Source: Gaiellaceae bacterium
GTDB taxonomy: Bacteria > Actinomycetota > Thermoleophilia > Gaiellales > Gaiellaceae
Direction: 5' to 3'
Length of the DNA: 47,957 bases
NCBI GenBank assembly: GCA_035640335.1
Contig: DASQWH010000042.1
Location: 1-47,957 of the forward strand
Part shown: piece after piece, positions 9,188-19,604 of the stretch
How the letters are laid out: each line of letters opens with the position of its first letter
Position numbering within the stretch: the stretch's first letter is position 1
Notes under the pieces: generated by a model
Databases searched by the model: none
What the model saw: only the letters and a program-made list of their open reading frames with translations
Told to the model about the DNA's origin: nothing
Program-made: the position numbers and the translations under genes

Positions 9188-10044
9188 CGGAGGACGACCT
9201 CCGGCTCGGCTGCGTACTCGTCGAATCCGATGCCGGTCAGGCGCTCGAACGCCTCGACGTAGCGCTGCCGCGTGCCCTCGACGATGTCTTCGGGCAGCTC
9301 GGGCCCCGGATACGTCTTGTCCCACTCGAGCGACTCGCAGTAGTCACGCGCGAACTGCTTGTCGAAAGAGGGCTGCGGTCCGCCCGGGGCGTACTCGTCC
9401 GCCGGCCAGAACCGGGACGAGTCCGGCGTGAACGCCTCGTCGGCGAGGAGGAGCCCACCGGAGTCGTCGACGCCGAGCTCGAACTTCGTGTCGGCGATGA
9501 TGATCCCGCGCTCCGCCGCGTGGGCCGCGGCGAACGCGTAGAGCTCGAGCGAGATGCGCTCGACCTCCGCGAAGCGCTCGTCGCCGACGAGCTCTGCCGC
9601 CTGGTCCGGGGTCAGCGGCTCGTCGTGGCCCGTGATCGCCTTCGTCGTCGGCGTGAAGATCGGCTCGGGAAGGCGATCCGACTCCTGCAGGCCGGCGGGG
9701 AGAGCGATGCCACAGACCTCGCCGCGCTCCCGGTAGCTCTTCCAGCCCGAGCCCGAGAGGTAGCCCCGGACGACGCACTCGAGCGGCAGCATCTCCAGCC
9801 GGCGGCACTCGGTCGACCGCCCGTCCTCGCGGATCGCGAGCAGGTGGTTGGGACAGAGCTCTCGCGCGCGCGTAAACCAGAACCCGGAGAGCCCGGTGAG
9901 GACGCGCCCCTTGTCGGGGATCTCCGTCGGCAGGACGACGTCGAAGACGGAGATGCGGTCGCTCGCAACGAGCAGCAGCCGCTCCTCGTCGAGCGCGAAG
10001 AGCTCACGCACCTTTCCGCTGCCGACGTGCAAGGCCTCAGGCAT
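9184..10044 (-). CDS. purC: Phosphoribosylaminoimidazole-succinocarboxamide (SAICAR) synthase
   Basis: GSGKVRELF...LLLVASDRISVFD...IIADTKFELG motifs. Confidence 0.9.
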   Translation of the reverse strand: MPEALHVGSGKVRELFALDEERLLLVASDRISVFDVVLPTEIPDKGRVLTGLSGFWFTRARELCPNHLLAIREDGRSTECRRLEMLPLECVVRGYLSGSGWKSYRERGEVCGIALPAGLQESDRLPEPIFTPTTKAITGHDEPLTPDQAAELVGDERFAEVERISLELYAFAAAHAAERGIIIADTKFELGVDDSGGLLLADEAFTPDSSRFWPADEYAPGGPQPSFDKQFARDYCESLEWDKTYPGPELPEDIVEGTRQRYVEAFERLTGIGFDEYAAEPEVVLR

Positions 10045-11362
10045 GAACTGGTTCCTCCTTTCGGGTCAGGGCGTGGAGTCGCTCGAAGACGACGTCGACG
10101 TGGCGTGTGTAGCTGTCGAGGTCGAAGACGGCGTCGAGCGCGCCGGAGTCGAGGTGCCGGTTCAGCTCGGGATCCTCGCGCACGAGCGCCGGAAAGTCGC
10201 GCTCCTCCTCCCACGCGCGCATGGCGTGGCGCTGAACGAGTCGATACGCCTCGTCGCGAGGCAGGCCGGCGTCGACGAGCGCGAGCAGCAGCCGTTGGCT
10301 GAAGTGCAGACCATGGCTCGCGTCGAGATTGCGGCGCATCCGCTCCGGCCGGACGACGAGCCCTTCCACGAGCCACGTGAACTTGTCCAGCATGTAGTCG
10401 AGCGCGAAGAAGGCGTCGGGGATCACGACACGCTCGGCCGAGGAGTGCGAGATGTCCCGCTCGTGCCAGAGGGCGACGTTCTCGAGGCCGACGAGCGAGG
10501 CCGCGCGCACGACCCTCGCGAGGCCGCAGATCCGCTCGGCAACGATCGGATTCCGCTTGTGCGGCATCGCGGACGAGCCCTTCTGCCCGCTCGCGAACGG
10601 CTCCTGCACCTCGGCCACCTCCGTCCGCGCGAGGTTGCGGATCTCGAGCGCGAAGCGCTCGAGCGAGGCCGCCGTGACGGCGAGCGCGCCGAGCAGGTCG
10701 GCGTGGCGGTCGCGCTGGAGGATCTGTGTCGCCGCCGGCGCGGGCTCGAGACCGAGGCGTTCGCAAGCGAGGCGTTCGACCTCCGGGTCGGTGACGGCGT
10801 ACGTCCCGACGGCACCCGAGAGCTTCCCTACGCGAAGGCCCTCGAGCGCGCGCGCGACGCGGGCGCGATCGCGATCGAGTTCGAACGCCCAGACGGCGAG
10901 CTTGAGCCCGAACGTCGTCGGCTCGGCGTGCACGCCGTGCGTGCGGCCGATCGTCAGCGTCGCGCGGTGCTCCTCCGCGCGCGCCACGACGGCGGCGAAT
11001 GCGTCGTCGATCCCGCGCAGGATCAGCTCGCCGGCTGCGCGGACCTGGAGCGCGAGTCCAGTGTCGAGCACGTCCGACGACGTCAGGCCGTAGTGGAACC
11101 AGCGGCCGACCGGGCCGAGCTCGATCGCCACGGCGTCGACGAAGGCGGCCAGGTCGTGCTGGGTGCGCGCCTCGAGCTCCGCGACGCGGGCGGGGGAAGG
11201 AGGCCTCGCGGCGTCCCGGATTTCACGCGCCGCCTCAGCCGGAACAACGCCGACCTCCGCCCACGCATCGAGGGCCGCGAGCTCGACCTCGAGCCAGTTC
11301 TCGAGCTTGGCCTCCTCCGACCACACCTTGGCCATGGCCGGGCGGGAGTAGCGTGGAATCAC
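10037..11362 (-). CDS. purB: Adenylosuccinate lyase
   Basis: MIPRYSRPAM..W..E.K...WLEVE...GLTSSDVLDT...GSSAMPHKRNP signature. The GTG start shares 1 nt with the purE stop. Confidence 0.9.
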   Translation of the reverse strand: MIPRYSRPAMAKVWSEEAKLENWLEVELAALDAWAEVGVVPAEAAREIRDAARPPSPARVAELEARTQHDLAAFVDAVAIELGPVGRWFHYGLTSSDVLDTGLALQVRAAGELILRGIDDAFAAVVARAEEHRATLTIGRTHGVHAEPTTFGLKLAVWAFELDRDRARVARALEGLRVGKLSGAVGTYAVTDPEVERLACERLGLEPAPAATQILQRDRHADLLGALAVTAASLERFALEIRNLARTEVAEVQEPFASGQKGSSAMPHKRNPIVAERICGLARVVRAASLVGLENVALWHERDISHSSAERVVIPDAFFALDYMLDKFTWLVEGLVVRPERMRRNLDASHGLHFSQRLLLALVDAGLPRDEAYRLVQRHAMRAWEEERDFPALVREDPELNRHLDSGALDAVFDLDSYTRHVDVVFERLHALTRKEEPVHA

Positions 11363-11862
11363 TACGCGGAGTGTAGTGACGGCCCCTGCGGGTACCCGCC
11401 GCCCTGAGCGAGGATTCGTGCCGCGAGGATCGCCGCGTTGCGCGAGCCGTCGACCGAGACGCAGGCGACGGGCACGCCGGGGGGCATCTGCACGATCGAC
11501 AGCAGCGCGTCGAGACCGCCGCCGACCGACTTGCTCGACCGGAGCGGCACCCCGATCACCGGCAGGTCGCTGTATGCCGCCACGACGCCCGGCAGCGCTG
11601 CGGCCATCCCGGCGCCGGCGATGATCACGCGCACGCCGCGCAGCTGCGCCGTCGACGCGTACTCCGCGACGGCGCGCGGGTCTCGGTGCGCCGACAGCAC
11701 GCGCAACTCGTACGAGATGCCTCGTTCGTCCAGTTCGTGCGCCGCCGGCTCGATCGCCTCGCGGTCGGACTCGCTGCCGATGATGATCCCGACGAGCGGC
11801 CCCGGCTCGAGCTCCTCGAGCAGCCCGAGCGGGTGCTCCTGGACCTCGGGCTCACCCGGCAA
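11362..11862 (-). CDS. purE: 5-(carboxyamino)imidazole ribonucleotide mutase (class I PurE-like)
   Basis: VGIIIGSESD...VLSAHRDP...IIAGAGMAAALPGVVAA...PVIGVP. The start is uncertain: TTG at 11862 gives 166 aa and an 11-nt overlap with purD. The ORF-track start at 11940 would overlap purD by 89 nt. Confidence 0.8.
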   Translation of the reverse strand: MPGEPEVQEHPLGLLEELEPGPLVGIIIGSESDREAIEPAAHELDERGISYELRVLSAHRDPRAVAEYASTAQLRGVRVIIAGAGMAAALPGVVAAYSDLPVIGVPLRSSKSVGGGLDALLSIVQMPPGVPVACVSVDGSRNAAILAARILAQGGGYPQGPSLHSA

Positions 11863-13072
11863 CGTTGGCCGTCCTCTCGCCGACGTCGGTCCGGTAGCGC
11901 TTGCCGGGGAACGAGATCTGCGCGCACGCCGCATACGCACGGACGCGCGCCTCCTCGACGTTCTCGCCGAGGGCGGTCACGTTCAGGATCCGCCCGCCGT
12001 TCGTCACGAGCCGGCCGTCGCGGGCGGCGGTCCCGGCGTGGAAGACGATCGCGCCGTCCGCCTCGGCCTCATCGACACCCTCGATCGGCGAGCCGACGTC
12101 GCCCGCCTCGGGGTACCGCTCGGCGACGAGCGCGACCGTGACGGCTGCGGAGTCGGACGTGCGGAGGTCGACCTCGCTCAGGTCGCCGCGGGCCGACGCG
12201 GCCAGCGCGCCGAGCACGTCGCCTTCGAGTCGCGGTAGGACGACCTGCGTCTCGGGGTCGCCGAAGCGGCAGTTGAACTCGAGCACGCGTGCTCCGCCGT
12301 CGCCGAGCATCAATCCCGCATAGAGGAGCCCGATGAAGGGTGCCCCGCGCGCCGCGAGCTCCTCGAGCACGGGCCGGTGCACGGTCTCGACGAGCTCTTC
12401 GACGTCGGACGCGCTCACGTCGGGAACCGGCGAGTACGCGCCCATGCCACCGGTGTTCGGGCCCGTGTCACCGTCACCGGCGCGCTTATAGTCACGTGCA
12501 GCGGCGAGGCCGACGACCTGCGTCCCGGCGGCGAGCGCGAACACCGAGAGCTCCTCGCCCTCGAGAAGCTCTTCGATCATCCACTGGTCTCCAAAAGCCG
12601 AGACCGCGCGCAAGGCTGCGTCGAGCTCCTCCTGCGTGCGGCACACGAAGACTCCCTTGCCCGCCGCGAGGCCGTCCGCCTTCACCACGCAGGGCGGTCG
12701 GGCGACGGACATCGTCTCCGCCGTCGCGACGCCGGCCGCGCGCATGACCTCCTTCGCGAACGTCTTCGATCCCTCGATGCGAGCCGCGGCCGCACTCGGC
12801 CCGAAAACGGCGAGGCCGAAGTGCCGAAGCTTGTCGCCGAGGCCGGCGACGAGCGGCGCCTCCGGGCCGACGACGACGAGGTCGGCTCGCAGCATGTGCG
12901 CCAGGTCGAGCAGTCCCTCGCCGTCCTCGGCGCGGATCGGATGGCACGTCCCGAGCTGCGCGATGCCCGGGTTGCCGGGGGCGGCGTGCAGTTCTGTCAG
13001 GCCGGGGCTCTGCGCCAGCTTCCACGCGAGCGCATGCTCGCGCCCGCCGGAGCCGACGAGGAGGACCTTCAC
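11852..13072 (-). CDS. purD: Phosphoribosylamine-glycine ligase
   Basis: [19 protein letters not shown]...ATP-grasp...[12 protein letters not shown]...[10 protein letters not shown]. Confidence 0.9.
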   Translation of the reverse strand: MKVLLVGSGGREHALAWKLAQSPGLTELHAAPGNPGIAQLGTCHPIRAEDGEGLLDLAHMLRADLVVVGPEAPLVAGLGDKLRHFGLAVFGPSAAAARIEGSKTFAKEVMRAAGVATAETMSVARPPCVVKADGLAAGKGVFVCRTQEELDAALRAVSAFGDQWMIEELLEGEELSVFALAAGTQVVGLAAARDYKRAGDGDTGPNTGGMGAYSPVPDVSASDVEELVETVHRPVLEELAARGAPFIGLLYAGLMLGDGGARVLEFNCRFGDPETQVVLPRLEGDVLGALAASARGDLSEVDLRTSDSAAVTVALVAERYPEAGDVGSPIEGVDEAEADGAIVFHAGTAARDGRLVTNGGRILNVTALGENVEEARVRAYAACAQISFPGKRYRTDVGERTANVAG

Positions 13073-13144
13073 CGGCGCGAGTGTAATCGCGGGGCCGGGC
13101 GTTTCAAAAGGATTTCCGCAGCAACGCCGCGAGGCGATCGAGAG

Positions 13145-13435
13145 CTACCGCGAGGTGTTCGAGACGCTGCTCGCCGAGCGCAGGCCGCTCTGATCCTCCA
13201 CCGGCTCCGCATCCGCGGCACGGCGGTGGCCTTCGGCGAGAAGGAACCCGTGGGCGCTGACGTCGAAGTACTCATCGAGGGTGAGCTCGACGGTCTCGCG
13301 GCAACCCGGCCGGCCGCACTCGCAGAGGAAACGCCACGAGTCGCCGGCGACACCGAGCCGCTCGGCGGCACGCTCGATGTTCTCGTTGACTTCGCGCAGG
13401 AAGCTTTCGTCGCGGTCTGACTGGCGCACGCCCAC
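13145..13435 (-). CDS. Hypothetical small protein with CxC-x4-C cluster
   Basis: 96-aa ORF with GC3 bias. Contains [23 protein letters not shown]. No family recognised from memory. Confidence 0.45.
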   Translation of the reverse strand: MGVRQSDRDESFLREVNENIERAAERLGVAGDSWRFLCECGRPGCRETVELTLDEYFDVSAHGFLLAEGHRRAADAEPVEDQSGLRSASSVSNTSR

Positions 13436-13581
13436 GATGCAGACACTCTGTCACTGCCGGTGCCTGCGGTTCAATGGGCCGTTCGGCCTATTTTCGGGCT
13501 CGGCGGAGGCGCGCGCGGTCGGGAATGCGGAGGTCCGCGGCGCTCGGCGCCGGGGGCTTTTTTCGAACGGGCGCTTGGCGC

Positions 13582-14889
<1,308 letters not shown>

Positions 14890-14958
14890 GGGGCCTGAGT
14901 CTAGACGCGGCTCCGGGCGCCGCGTTTAGACGGCCGCGCCGCTCGGTAAGGAACGGGC

Positions 14959-15114
14959 ATGCCCGAGAGACGAGCGCCTGATCCGTTACGGCCCGGCGAA
15001 GTTCCAAAGGGCAAGCCGTTTGCAGGCATCGGCCGACCCGAGGCGGGCGTCGTCGTCGTCGCGCTCGTCGTCACGGTCGCGGTCGCGCTGATTGTCTACG
15101 CGCTCGTGACCTAG
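14959..15114 (+). CDS. Possible small membrane protein (51 aa)
   Basis: ATG at 14959 preceded by aaggaacggg. MPERRAPDPLRPGEVPKGKPFAGIGRPEAGVVVVALVVTVAVALIVYALVT ends in one TM helix. Below the ORF-track length cut-off. Confidence 0.3.
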   Translation: MPERRAPDPLRPGEVPKGKPFAGIGRPEAGVVVVALVVTVAVALIVYALVT

Positions 15115-15117
15115 GCC

Positions 15118-17004
15118 CTATGCGGCGAGGTCGGCGAACTTCGCGTAGCGCTTGAGGAAGGACAGCTTCTCCGAGCCCGTCGGTCCGTTGCGGTGCTTCG
15201 CGCAGATCACTTCGGCGAGCCCCTGCTGGTCGGTCTCCTCGTTGTAGTACTCGTCGCGGTAGATGAAGAAGACGAGGTCCGAGTCCTGCTCGATCGAGTT
15301 GTGGACGACGATGTCGTCGGCGACGAAGTTGTGTAGGCCGTCGACGGTGAGGTCATAGACCTGCTCCTCGCCGTCGCGCTCGACACGAACGACCTCGTCC
15401 CAGTACACCTCTCCGAGCTCGGGCGTCGGGGCCGCGGGGCTCGCCGGCCCGGACCGGCCGTCGGCGACGGCGACTGCGGCCGCGAGACGCGGGCGGAGCG
15501 GGGAGGAGGCCGCGAGCGGAACGGCGATGCGCATCGTCGGGGCGAGGTCGTCGAGCCGGCGCCAGCCGTCGTACGAGAGGAACTTGTGGTTTCCGGTCGC
15601 GCGAATCGTCCGCCCGAGCCGGGTCGTCAGCCAATACACCGGCTTCCGCCCCGTCGAGAACGCACGCAGGATCCGCCGCGGCTCGAAGAGCCACGTCTGC
15701 TCGTTGAGCGCAAGGACGCGCGTGCCCTCGCAGCCCATCAGCTGGGCGATCGGCACGTAGACGCCCTCGTCGGGGAGGAAGACGCTCGACTCTCCGGTCA
15801 GACAGCCCGACTCTCTCAGGTCGGACAGGATCGGCCGCTTGTCGTGGCGCTGCTCGACGGCGCGCGAGAGCTGCGACATCGCGAGCACCGGCACGTCGAG
15901 GTCCCGCGCGAGCACCTTCAGCTGCCGCGAGATCTGCGAGACCTCCTGGACGCGGTTCTCGACGGTCGCGCCGGAGGTCATCAGCTGCAGGTAGTCGACG
16001 ATGATCAGCGCGAGGTTCGGCTCCTGCGTCTTCAGCCGCCTCGCCTTCGATCGGATCTCCATCATCGTGATCGAGCCGGTGTCGTCGACGTAGATCGGCG
16101 CTTTCGCGAGCTTGTCGCAGGCGGCCGTCAGCCGGGGCCAGTCGTCGGCGGCGAGCTTGCCGCTCCGGAGTCGCTGCGACTCGACCTTCGCCTCGCTGCA
16201 CATGAGCCGCTGCGTGACTTCCGACTTGGACATCTCGAGGGTGAACAGCGCGACCGGGTACTGGTGGCGGACGGCGATGTTGGCGGCCATGCACAGGCCG
16301 AGCGCGGACTTGCCCATGCTCGGCCGCGCGGCGACGATGATCAGATTGCCGGGCTGGAAGCCGGACGTCAGCCGGTCGATGTCGCGGAAGCCCGACGGGA
16401 CCCCGGTCAGCTCCTCGCCGGCCTCATAGAGCGCCGTGATCCGCTCGAAGCTTTCCTTGAGCAGCGCCTCGATGTGGCTGAACTCCGTCGAGACCCGGCT
16501 CTGCGAGAGCTCGAAGATGACCTGCTCCGCGCGGTCGACGAGCTCCTGCGCGTCGCCGGGGCGCTCCCATCCGAGCCGAGCAACCTCGCCGCCGGCACGG
16601 ATGAGCCCGCGGAGCGTCGCCATCTCGCGCACGATGCGCGCGTAGTGGCCGGCGTTCGCCGTCGCGGGCACGAGCGCCGCGAGCTCCTGGATGCGGCCGC
16701 GGCCACCCGCGTCCTCCAATTCGCTGCGCTCCTCGAGCTCGTCGACGAGCGTGATCGCGTCGACGGGCTCCCCGCGCGCGTACAGCCCGAGCGCCGCGCG
16801 GTAGATCTTGGCGTGGCTCTCCCGGTAGAAGTCGCCGGCGTCGAGGACCTCGCTCACGGACCCGATCGCGCCGGGCGCGAGCATCATCGCGCCGAGGACG
16901 GACTCCTCGGCGTCGAGGTTCTGCGGGGGCACAGGAGCGGCCTGCGCGGACGGGGCGACAGTGGCCACGTCGTCAGTGAACCCCGCCCTAGCCACGACGT
17001 CCAT
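15118..17004 (-). CDS. dnaB: Replicative DNA helicase DnaB, interrupted in-frame by a mini-intein
   Basis: N-terminal PQNLDAEESVLGAMM, Walker A ARPSMGKSA, IIVDYLQLM, and then LSDLRESG | intein | SIEQDSDLVFFIYRDEYY. The mature helicase would be 459 aa. Confidence 0.92.
   Translation of the reverse strand: MDVVARAGFTDDVATVAPSAQAAPVPPQNLDAEESVLGAMMLAPGAIGSVSEVLDAGDFYRESHAKIYRAALGLYARGEPVDAITLVDELEERSELEDAGGRGRIQELAALVPATANAGHYARIVREMATLRGLIRAGGEVARLGWERPGDAQELVDRAEQVIFELSQSRVSTEFSHIEALLKESFERITALYEAGEELTGVPSGFRDIDRLTSGFQPGNLIIVAARPSMGKSALGLCMAANIAVRHQYPVALFTLEMSKSEVTQRLMCSEAKVESQRLRSGKLAADDWPRLTAACDKLAKAPIYVDDTGSITMMEIRSKARRLKTQEPNLALIIVDYLQLMTSGATVENRVQEVSQISRQLKVLARDLDVPVLAMSQLSRAVEQRHDKRPILSDLRESGCLTGESSVFLPDEGVYVPIAQLMGCEGTRVLALNEQTWLFEPRRILRAFSTGRKPVYWLTTRLGRTIRATGNHKFLSYDGWRRLDDLAPTMRIAVPLAASSPLRPRLAAAVAVADGRSGPASPAAPTPELGEVYWDEVVRVERDGEEQVYDLTVDGLHNFVADDIVVHNSIEQDSDLVFFIYRDEYYNEETDQQGLAEVICAKHRNGPTGSEKLSFLKRYAKFADLAA
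15298..15804 (-). mobile_element. 169-aa mini-intein (no homing-endonuclease domain) at the RESG/SIEQD site of DnaB
   Basis: Starts with Cys (TGT at 15804-15802, CLTGESSVFL, block A). Block B is IRATGNHKF, block F is VYDLTVDGLHNFVA, and block G is DIVVHN followed by +1 Ser (TCG at 15297-15295). The extein junction restores the canonical DnaB motif. Confidence 0.88.
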
Positions 17005-17173
17005 CCCCAGACGCTCCTACTACTAGGAGGCGGGCGCGACGCTTGCAGGGCTTTGAGAACATACGTTCGCAAGATTATCCCCAGCGAACCGGCTGTCAGC
17101 CCGCGTCTGGCGCGATTCGTGAACAGGCTCTCCTCCACGAAAAACGCGCTGTTTGCGAGAGGTTCGTCGATTT

Positions 17174-17208
17174 ATCCACAGGCTTGCTCCCAGCCTGTGG
17201 ATCTTTTT
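17174..17208. terminator. 11-bp hairpin at the rplI 3' end, with the T5 run on the + strand (A-run on the gene strand)
   Basis: atccacaggct (17174-17184) / tgctccc / agcctgtggat (17192-17202), then c + ttttt (17204-17208). It overlaps the rplI stop at 17208-17210. Confidence 0.5.
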
Positions 17209-17900
17209 CAGCGCTCTTGTGACTCCTCGCCCACCGGCTCGGCGTCCACCGCGCGGTCGAACGCGTCCTCGGGCACCTGCTCGTCCTCGGCGCCCTCGGG
17301 CCGCTCGGGCTGCTCGGCGGCCGCGATCGCATCGTCGAGCGCCTCGTCGGAGTACTGGTCGACCTCGGCGTCCTCGCTCTCGGCCGCGTCCGCGACGGGT
17401 GCCGCCTCGTCCTCTTCGGGCACAGGCGCTTCGGCCTCCGGCGGGAGCTCGCCACCCTCGGGGATGACGAGCGTGCGCACCTGGACGGTCACGTCCTGGA
17501 AGAGCTCGACCGGGATCTCGTAGCGCCCGATGCGCTTGATCGGCTCCGAAAGCTCGATCTTGCGGCGGTCGACGCGGACCTTGTGGCGCTCCCACAGCGT
17601 GTCGGCGATGTCGGTCGGCGTGACCGAGCCGAAGAGGACGCCGGTCTCGCCCGCCTTGACGTCGAAGCGCAGCTCCAATTGCGCGACCCGCTGCGAGATC
17701 TCCTGCGCCTGCTCGAACGTCTGCGCCTCGTGGCGGGCGCGATTCGCCGCCACCTTCTCGACCTCAGCGATCCGGGCGGGCGTCGCCGCCTCGGCCAGCT
17801 TCCGCGGCAGCAGGAAGTTCCGCGCGTACCCACGGGCGACGTCGACGACCTCGCCGCGCAGGCCGACGTTCTCGACGTCCTGTCGGAGGATGACCTTCAT
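17208..17900 (-). CDS. rplI: 50S ribosomal protein L9 with an acidic C-terminal extension of about 80 aa
   Basis: MKVILRQDVENVGLRGEVVDVARGYARNFLLPRKLA... is canonical L9 to about residue 148. A Glu/Asp/Ala/Pro-rich tail follows. Confidence 0.9.
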   Translation of the reverse strand: MKVILRQDVENVGLRGEVVDVARGYARNFLLPRKLAEAATPARIAEVEKVAANRARHEAQTFEQAQEISQRVAQLELRFDVKAGETGVLFGSVTPTDIADTLWERHKVRVDRRKIELSEPIKRIGRYEIPVELFQDVTVQVRTLVIPEGGELPPEAEAPVPEEDEAAPVADAAESEDAEVDQYSDEALDDAIAAAEQPERPEGAEDEQVPEDAFDRAVDAEPVGEESQER

Positions 17901-18003
17901 GCCTAATTAGACACGTCTGAGGCGCCGCTTGCGGTGCCGATTCCAGGACGTGCGAACTCTGGTCGCGCGTCCGTCTGAACTGACCGGTCGAGAAGGCTCA
18001 TCA

Positions 18004-18261
18004 CTAGTTGGAGACGTACGGCAGCAGAGCCATCTCGCGGGCACGCTTCACCGCGACCGCGACCTGCTTCTGGTGCCGCCGGCACGTGCCCGTGATGCGC
18101 CGCGAGCGGATCTTCCCCTTCTCCGAGACGTACCGGCGCAGCTGGTTGTAGTTCTTGTAGTCGACCTCGTCGACCTTGTCCTTGCAGAAGAAGCAGCTCC
18201 GCCGCCGTGGTGGCGGAGCCGGTCTCTGCCTGCGTTGCTGTCGCTCTTTCTGCTGCGCCAT
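18004..18261 (-). CDS. rpsR: 30S ribosomal protein S18
   Basis: ATG at 18261 overlaps the ssb stop (ATGA). [60 protein letters not shown]. Confidence 0.9.
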   Translation of the reverse strand: MAQQKERQQRRQRPAPPPRRRSCFFCKDKVDEVDYKNYNQLRRYVSEKGKIRSRRITGTCRRHQKQVAVAVKRAREMALLPYVSN

Positions 18262-18698
18262 CAGAACGGGATGTCGTCGTCGGCAGCCTGGCCGCCGAAG
18301 TCGGCGTTCGCCTCGCTCGCTGCGCCGGCCGGCACGAACTGCGGCTGGCCCTCCGCATCGCCGCGGCTGCCCAGGAACTGGACGGTGTCCGCGATGATCT
18401 CGACCGCCTGGCGCTTGGTGCCGTCCTGCGCCTCCCACTCGCGCCAGTCGAGACGGCCATCGACGCCGACGGGGCGGCCCTTCGAGAGGTACTGCGCACA
18501 GCTCTCGCCCTGGTTGCCCCAGACGGTGACGTCGAAGTAGTTCGGCTTGTCGCCCCACTCGCCGGTCGACTGGTCCTTCTGGCGCGTGTTGACGGCGATG
18601 CGGAGCTTGCAGACGGCCGTGCCGCTCGGCGTGTGCCGGAGCTCGGGGTCGCGGGTCAGGTTGCCGACGAGGACGACTCGGTTGATGTTCGCCATCAT
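18261..18698 (-). CDS. ssb: Single-stranded DNA-binding protein
   Basis: [36 protein letters not shown]-fold. Gly-rich linker. C-terminal DDDIPF tip. Confidence 0.92.
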   Translation of the reverse strand: MMANINRVVLVGNLTRDPELRHTPSGTAVCKLRIAVNTRQKDQSTGEWGDKPNYFDVTVWGNQGESCAQYLSKGRPVGVDGRLDWREWEAQDGTKRQAVEIIADTVQFLGSRGDAEGQPQFVPAGAASEANADFGGQAADDDIPF

Positions 18699-19072
18699 TC
18701 CCTCCCTTGGTCTTGCGCTGGCTCGCCAGCGTACTCGGGCTCACGGTCGGCGGCGGGCCGCGGCGCAGCCGACGGCGACGCGCTCGGCTTCGGCCGGCGG
18801 ACGGCCATGTGGCGCATGACGCCGTCGGTGATCTTGAGGATGCGCGACACCTCGTCGAGGGTCGCGGGCTCGGCGGAGAAGGTCAGCAGGTGGTACGACC
18901 CTTCCGGCTTGTGGTCGATCTCGTAAGCGAGCTTGCGCCGTCCCCAGACGTCGTGCGTCGCGAAGCTGCCGCCGCTGCGCTCGATGAGCTCGCGCGTGCG
19001 CGTCACGATCTCGTTGTGGCGCTCGTCCGGGAGGTCCGGATCGAGCATGAGCAGGATCTCGTAGTCGATCAC
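18695..19072 (-). CDS. rpsF: 30S ribosomal protein S6
   Basis: GTG at 19072 after gaagaaaggg. [11 protein letters not shown]...[19 protein letters not shown]...GSYHLLTF. The stop overlaps the ssb ATG (ATGA). Confidence 0.88.
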   Translation of the reverse strand: MIDYEILLMLDPDLPDERHNEIVTRTRELIERSGGSFATHDVWGRRKLAYEIDHKPEGSYHLLTFSAEPATLDEVSRILKITDGVMRHMAVRRPKPSASPSAAPRPAADREPEYAGEPAQDQGRE

Positions 19073-19182
19073 GTTCCCTTTCTTCTCCCTTCGGTCTGAG
19101 TCGGCCTCACCGTCTCGCGAGCGCCCGGGAACGGGGCGTCGCTCGGGCGAGGCAGGGCGGCGGACACTGTAGCATCGGCCTC

Positions 19183-19488
19183 GTGAGGAGCCGGATCGCC
19201 GTCCTGCTCGGAGGCGCGGCCGTCGCCGGCGCGGCCGTGTATCGCGCTCTGCGGCCGGGGCGCCCCAGGCCGGAGGCGCCGTCGGCTCCCGACGGGCCCG
19301 CGGACGAGCTGCGCGCGAAGCTGGAAGAGGCCCGCAGCGTCGCATCCGAGCGTGACGAGTTCGAGGCCGCCGAGGTGCCGATCGACCACGCCGAGGAGGT
19401 CGTAGTCGACGTCGCCGACCGGCGTCGCGCCGTGCACGAGCGCGGTCGGCGTGTGGCGGAGCACATGCGCCGGCCCGACCCCGACTAG
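19183..19488 (+). CDS. Hypothetical single-pass membrane protein (101 aa)
   Basis: GTG start. N-terminal TM (RIAVLLGGAAVAGAAVY), then a charged helical region. GC3-biased. Confidence 0.45.
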   Translation: MRSRIAVLLGGAAVAGAAVYRALRPGRPRPEAPSAPDGPADELRAKLEEARSVASERDEFEAAEVPIDHAEEVVVDVADRRRAVHERGRRVAEHMRRPDPD

Positions 19489-19604
19489 ACCGCCTGCCGG
19501 CAGGCCGCGGCGCTCGAGCTCCGCAGAAAGCGGGGCTATTTCGGAATCTCGCCGCTCGGTGGCATCATGGACAGCGGGGTCGAAGGAGAGAGGAGATAGC
19601 TGCG

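Noticed and set aside
9612-10766. 384-aa minus-strand ORF and other long alternative-frame ORFs within purC/purB
   Set aside because: It overlaps, out of frame, pur genes of near-certain identity. It is Arg-rich junk.
11863-11940. Longer PurE N-terminus from the ORF-track start
   Set aside because: It gives an 89-nt overlap with purD and an Arg-rich extension. PurE homology begins near LVGIIIGSESD.
13073-13144. Possible purine or ZTP riboswitch upstream of purD, purA or purQ-operon genes
   Set aside because: The spacers are only about 70 nt and show none of the conserved riboswitch cores I can recall. No convincing multi-stem structure is present.
17014-17029. Hairpin ctccta/ctac/taggag that could sequester the dnaB Shine-Dalgarno
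   Set aside because: The stem is only 6 bp, too weak to argue for regulation without structure probing or conservation data.
15586-17523. 645-aa + strand ORF across dnaB and rplI
   Set aside because: It is antisense to two unmistakable housekeeping genes and has low-complexity composition with no motifs.
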